Source: a virus (Duplodnaviria; Heunggongvirae; Uroviricota; Caudoviricetes). Taken from it: a stretch of 32,423 bases of DNA. Of the stretch, positions 28,006 to 32,423 are shown piece after piece. The notes under the pieces are model-generated. The model searched no databases, was not told the origin of the DNA, and saw only the letters and a list, made by a program, of their open reading frames with translations. Position 1 is the first letter of the stretch. Each line of letters starts with the position of its first letter. The position numbers were made by a program, and so were the translations under genes. The stretch lies in the IMG/VR virus record IMGVR_UViG_3300045988_079407, one strand, 5' to 3'.

Positions 28006-28944
28006 TTAATTACGCAGCAGCGTTGAAATATCAACGTCCAGGTCTAATTCACGGAAAGCCTGACGCAGATAATCTTCGTTAACACGCTCACCTTTACCGT
28101 GAGCCGTCATGGCGGCAAGGCGAAGTGAATGATTCAGAATGCGAAGCGCACCTGGTTTCTGCGCAATCTGCTGTAATAACTCCAGTTCTTTTTCGCCGTT
28201 AATCTGCCAGGCATCCGCAATAGCTTTTACATCGGCTTTTTTGGTTTTATTAATTGCAGTGCGCTTTGCAATACGGGAAAACAGACGGGCAAATTCAACC
28301 GTTCTGTTACCCCCCGTCATATTTGAATAAACCCGGTGATTTCCCATCAGCACAAGGCCAATACGGGTTGATTCCTGTAACAGGCGGAGTTCTTCCAGAA
28401 CTTCGGCACCAAGATGATCAGCTTCGTCGATGATAACCAGCCCTTGTGTACCTTCAAGGCGACGTCGCAGGGCGCGGGAGAGCGGCCCTTTACGGCGTGG
28501 TGCGTCATTCATTCCCAGCTCAAACGCCAGTTCAGTAAGACATTCCAGAACGCTGGCACAGGATGGCGTAATGGTGATCATCCAGACATTGTTATTGGTG
28601 CGGCGATATTCACGGGCAGCTTCGGTTTTGCCCACACCAGGATTGCCACATACAACAGCAATACTTTCAGTCAGGCTGGCAAAACGCATACTTGTCCAGA
28701 TTTGTTTTACCGTCTGCGTTTCCACAAAGCGGGGCGGTTCAGGTAGTTCTGCAACTGCATGATATTTTTCCAGCCAGCGTTGCAGAATTTGTGAAACACG
28801 CTCGTTATCCCCGTTGTACTTATCATTGATAAAACTACTGATAGTTCCGGTAGAAAGTCCGCTCTCAAGAGCAATTTGTTTAAAGGTGGTTTCTTCATTT
28901 TCTACAAGCGTGCGCAGTCCTGCGCGAATATCGGAAATATTCAT
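28006..28944 (-). CDS. B: Transposition ATPase MuB (AAA+ target-DNA activator, 312 aa)
   Basis: 312 aa with a Walker A motif (GNPGVGKTE) and Walker B motif (LVIIDEADHL) after an N-terminal HTH-like region; immediately downstream of the transposase. Confidence 0.95.
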   Translation of the reverse strand: MNISDIRAGLRTLVENEETTFKQIALESGLSTGTISSFINDKYNGDNERVSQILQRWLEKYHAVAELPEPPRFVETQTVKQIWTSMRFASLTESIAVVCGNPGVGKTEAAREYRRTNNNVWMITITPSCASVLECLTELAFELGMNDAPRRKGPLSRALRRRLEGTQGLVIIDEADHLGAEVLEELRLLQESTRIGLVLMGNHRVYSNMTGGNRTVEFARLFSRIAKRTAINKTKKADVKAIADAWQINGEKELELLQQIAQKPGALRILNHSLRLAAMTAHGKGERVNEDYLRQAFRELDLDVDISTLLRN

Positions 28945-28982
28945 CTGAATAACCTCGTAATTAAATTTTGTTTAAACGTTAA

Positions 28983-30980
28983 TTAAATGGCTTTTTTACG
29001 TCTGTTCTGTTCCAGAATATCCAGCGAATGATTCAGATATTCATCACGCTCAGTTTCGTATTCATCATCACGCTCCTGATTCTTCACTCGTTCCGTATTA
29101 CCGGAAGGCCGGAAAATGCCGACAATTCGTGATTCTGGTGCTTCAGGTTCGGCTATCTGCGGCAGCAGCTCTGCCACTTCCAGTGCATCCATTTGTTTCT
29201 GTGCCTTAATTGCTGCTTTCGTCGCAGATTTCAGTTGTTTCTGGCGGCGGCGATATTCACGGCCTGCCGCAGCATCATTAAACGCAACAGGTGCCAGACA
29301 TTCCGCTTCACAGATAAACCGACCGTCCAGGGTGTAGCAATAAACCGTGCTGTGTAACTGCTGTGGATCAAATCTGACCACAACTTTTTTCACTCCGGCA
29401 TTCATTAACGCCATGTTGTAATAAACGTTTTTCGCACCTTTAAGGGAGCCACCAACTTTAAGCGCGAACTCGCCTTTACGTGAAACGTTCACTGCCTCGG
29501 CAGGCAGTAACAGCATCCGTTTTTGCTCTTCGGTAGGCTTACGCACAATCGTTCTGGCGTATTCACGCTCAAAAACGTCATCAAACGAAAGTTTGCCTCC
29601 GCACATTTCTGTTTCACGGCCTGTTCTGGCATTGAACATCGCCACACCTTCGGCAAGGGTTTTCAGAAACAGCTCTGCATCAACAGCGCGGTCGCCATAG
29701 TTATCAGGTTTTGCCTGCGGATTAGGCCCCGTATATGCGCCAGCCAGTGCCGGATGCTTATCAACGTATTCCTCAAGCCCACCAACACCGAAAGCACGTT
29801 CAACAGGTTTTGCCTGGCCCCAGCCTTTACCGGCAACAACGCTTGTCCAGTGCATTTTCGCCCCCATCAGTAAAAACAGTCCTTTTGGATCGTCCTCTTT
29901 TACCTTAAAGCGGTAGCGATTGGGCGCGCCTCCCGTCAGCCATTTATTCGCAGCACCACGGGTGTTATCAATGGTGATGTGAAAATCCTCCGGGATACCG
30001 TAGCGAGTCACAACATCCATGAACGAGAGGCGAATTGAATCAATGTTCTCGCTCACATCGCAGCGCCAGCCCAGAATTTTTCGGGTTTTCACATCCTGCC
30101 AGAACCATGTTTTCGGACGGATCACATCACCGTTAAACCAGCGTACAAAGACGTTATGCAGATAACCGTCGCCGTTGATCCACTGCATGGCGTCCAGGTG
30201 TTCCACAGTTCGCTGCTGTGCCGGTATCAGATGCATCAGTGCATGTTCACCTTCACGACAGGCAACAACCATTGCCTCGTCCAGTTGCTGAATCCGGCGA
30301 AAGGCCGTGGCACGGGAGGGAATACTCCAGCCATGCTCGCGGGCTGCCAGTTCCAGACGCTCATAACATTTGCGGAAGGCGGGTTTTTCCGGTCGCAGAT
30401 AATCTGCAATCAGAAACTGCCAGGCATCCTCGTCAAATTCACTTTTGTGAACGTTGCGACGGGATGCACCACGTCCATCAACAAGCGCAGCCGCCCAGTC
30501 AGGCTTCGCAAACTTCTGTACCTGGTAATACTTGTCCCGCAAAGTGGATGCGCTGACCTGGTAATGCCCTGCAACGGTCGCAAAAGCCGTTTTTGTTGAA
30601 ATCCCCTGGTTCAGCATTTCGTCTGCAGCCTGAACCGCAGGCAACCATTTTTCAGCAAGTCTGCGCTGGGAATCGCTGGCGTTATCCCATTTGCTCCACA
30701 GCACCTCACGATCATAATCATGGGCTTCCAGCGTGGGGCGGGCGATTTCAAAATACCCCTGGCTTGTTTCTATTTGCTCAGATTTTAATAACAACTCAGC
30801 ACGTGCTGCCGCTGGCAGAACTGATATATGAAATTCCAAAGCCTTTGAACCCGTACGCTTGCGACGTAGTTCTGGATGATTGGCTGCAAGCTTTTCAAGA
30901 TTGCGGCGAATACTCACCTCATGTTTAGGAAAGCATGACATTCCTACGCATTCTTGCGCTGTTACCCAATGGGTTAACAT
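28983..30980 (-). CDS. A: DDE transposase MuA (665 aa from the ATG at 30980)
   Basis: ATG at 30980 ([11 protein letters not shown]) with a GGAG Shine-Dalgarno 8 nt upstream; the track's longer form starts at a TTG. The core closely matches Mu A as I recall it, but the N-terminal DNA-binding domain differs. Confidence 0.95.
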   Translation of the reverse strand: MLTHWVTAQECVGMSCFPKHEVSIRRNLEKLAANHPELRRKRTGSKALEFHISVLPAAARAELLLKSEQIETSQGYFEIARPTLEAHDYDREVLWSKWDNASDSQRRLAEKWLPAVQAADEMLNQGISTKTAFATVAGHYQVSASTLRDKYYQVQKFAKPDWAAALVDGRGASRRNVHKSEFDEDAWQFLIADYLRPEKPAFRKCYERLELAAREHGWSIPSRATAFRRIQQLDEAMVVACREGEHALMHLIPAQQRTVEHLDAMQWINGDGYLHNVFVRWFNGDVIRPKTWFWQDVKTRKILGWRCDVSENIDSIRLSFMDVVTRYGIPEDFHITIDNTRGAANKWLTGGAPNRYRFKVKEDDPKGLFLLMGAKMHWTSVVAGKGWGQAKPVERAFGVGGLEEYVDKHPALAGAYTGPNPQAKPDNYGDRAVDAELFLKTLAEGVAMFNARTGRETEMCGGKLSFDDVFEREYARTIVRKPTEEQKRMLLLPAEAVNVSRKGEFALKVGGSLKGAKNVYYNMALMNAGVKKVVVRFDPQQLHSTVYCYTLDGRFICEAECLAPVAFNDAAAGREYRRRQKQLKSATKAAIKAQKQMDALEVAELLPQIAEPEAPESRIVGIFRPSGNTERVKNQERDDEYETERDEYLNHSLDILEQNRRKKAI

Positions 30981-31201
30981 GATGTTTTCTCCATATACCG
31001 AGAAGGCCAAATCTGGGCTGGTTCCATATCCAAATATCTAGCAATGATTGCTTCGTATCGTGGTATATGGCAGCGAAATACGTTACGCATAGTGTCAGGC
31101 TTTAAGCCTGCCTCTCTGGATAATTGAGATAGTGTCTTCCCCTTCATACGAACAGCAGCCTTTATCTGCTCTGCGTGCCAGTCTTGGTTTTTTGCTGACA
31201 T
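30974..31201 (-). CDS. ner: Ner-like transcriptional regulator (75 aa)
   Basis: 75 aa, Ner/Nlp family (conserved IWPSRY); AAGGA Shine-Dalgarno; first gene of the early operon, divergent from the repressor. Confidence 0.85.
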   Translation of the reverse strand: MSAKNQDWHAEQIKAAVRMKGKTLSQLSREAGLKPDTMRNVFRCHIPRYEAIIARYLDMEPAQIWPSRYMEKTSC

Positions 31202-31370
31202 TCTGCGATCCTTACTTTCTTAACGTTTTCGGTAACTGATACCGGCTACCGCTATCGGGAAAAACGATAGCGCAGAAAAATGCGCATTTCAAGAGCTATG
31301 CGCATTTTTATTTTAACCAATGCAAATCAAAGCATTCTGTAAAATTCTTTATATAACAGAGAGATTGAGC
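31202..31370. promoter_or_regulatory. Divergent early/repressor promoter-operator region (Pe/Pc with operators; expected site of the transposition enhancer)
   Basis: Inverted repeat cgctatcg-ggaaaa-cgatagcg (31250..31271) and two ATGCGCAT palindromes (31278..31289 as aaatgcgcattt; 31298..31305), 18 bp centre to centre; located between ner and c. Confidence 0.7.
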
Positions 31371-31979
31371 ATGACAGGTGAAAAAGAAAGCAAAAATGCA
31401 GAGCGCATTTTTATGCCATCTGAAATAATGCGTTTCAAGGAACGCCTTGAAGAGGCAATGAATGGAGAATCAAGCCGGGCGTTTGCAGCTAAGTGCGGAC
31501 TCTCTGATGGGGTTATCAGAAACTACCTGTCTGGCAAGACATACCCGTCTTTAGATCGATTAGCACAAATAGCCTACGCAACAGGGCGTCCAATAGAGTG
31601 GTTTATCCAAAGTCAGAGCATGCCAATGGTTGAGCATAAAAATACTCAAGAGAATAAAAATCCTCAACCTGACCGCAGCACATTGAAAACTAAACTGATC
31701 GCAATTGTCGAATTGTTAGAGGACAAGGAACTGCATTCTGCGATTGAGTTGTTCAGAAAGAAAGGATTTGAAGCTCTTATGCCTGAGATTTTTTCTTCCG
31801 ATGATTCCATCCAGGCTAATTTGCAAGGTATTTCGCAACAAACCTTACAAACAGCCAAAATGCTTGAATCATTACCAACAGATACTCGTAAAGAGATTTT
31901 GTCAAAGTATGGTATTTATGAACAGGAAGGTCTTGTAGCTCCTTCACAAGAACCACAAGATGTAAAAAAAGCCGTATAA
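31371..31979 (+). CDS. c: Mu-type repressor c (about 202 aa from the ATG at 31371)
   Basis: Transcribed away from the early operon. The C-terminus (KEILSKYGIYEQEGLVAPSQEPQDVKKAV) resembles the Mu repressor tail as I recall it; the N-terminal DNA-binding domain differs. Start could also be 31320 or the later MPSEIMRF. Confidence 0.8.
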   Translation: MTGEKESKNAERIFMPSEIMRFKERLEEAMNGESSRAFAAKCGLSDGVIRNYLSGKTYPSLDRLAQIAYATGRPIEWFIQSQSMPMVEHKNTQENKNPQPDRSTLKTKLIAIVELLEDKELHSAIELFRKKGFEALMPEIFSSDDSIQANLQGISQQTLQTAKMLESLPTDTRKEILSKYGIYEQEGLVAPSQEPQDVKKAV

Positions 31980-32145
31980 CAACCATGAACCAGCTAAAAC
32001 ATACTTCACCTCACATAATCACACATGTAACATACCTAAACGGCATGAGCTGATTTGTGATATGAGTCATTTGGTTACAGCCTGGTTGTTATCGGTTTTG
32101 AACGTTTTTTGAAGCTGTTATTGAAATGATTTGCAGTGTTTTTGT

Positions 32146-32423
<278 letters not shown>

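Noticed and set aside
28983-31010. 675-aa form of the transposase ORF starting at 31010
   Set aside because: That start is a TTG inside the ner coding region; the ATG at 30980 with a GGAG Shine-Dalgarno is more plausible.

Overview
The window is almost entirely one Mu/D108-like transposable prophage, encoded on the minus strand. Its left end (attL, terminal ...CA) is at 32317, followed by about 106 bp of host flank; the right end lies beyond position 1, where the tail-fibre gene S is cut off. Gene order reads from high to low coordinate: repressor c (plus strand), ner, transposase A, B, a semi-essential early region (kil-like, gam and several small zinc-ribbon/HTH proteins), gemA, mor, a middle operon (GH108 muramidase-like gene, small ORFs, C), lysis genes (SAR endolysin, overlapping spanins), then terminase, portal, head, sheath, tube, tape measure and baseplate genes. 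Calls rest on reading the ORF translations, synteny and sizes against what I recall of phage Mu; no database search was run. Most worth a second look: (i) a 119-aa acidic, AT-rich ORF on the opposite strand inside the early region, a candidate moron or anti-defence gene; (ii) a GH108 enzyme plus a 39-aa membrane peptide in the middle operon alongside a separate SAR endolysin; (iii) an immunity region (repressor, Ner, transposase N-terminus) that looks D108-like rather than Mu-like; (iv) the central G-I intergenic region at the position of the Mu strong gyrase site; (v) palindromic operator candidates and three end-binding repeats at attL. No tRNA, rRNA or CRISPR array was seen.
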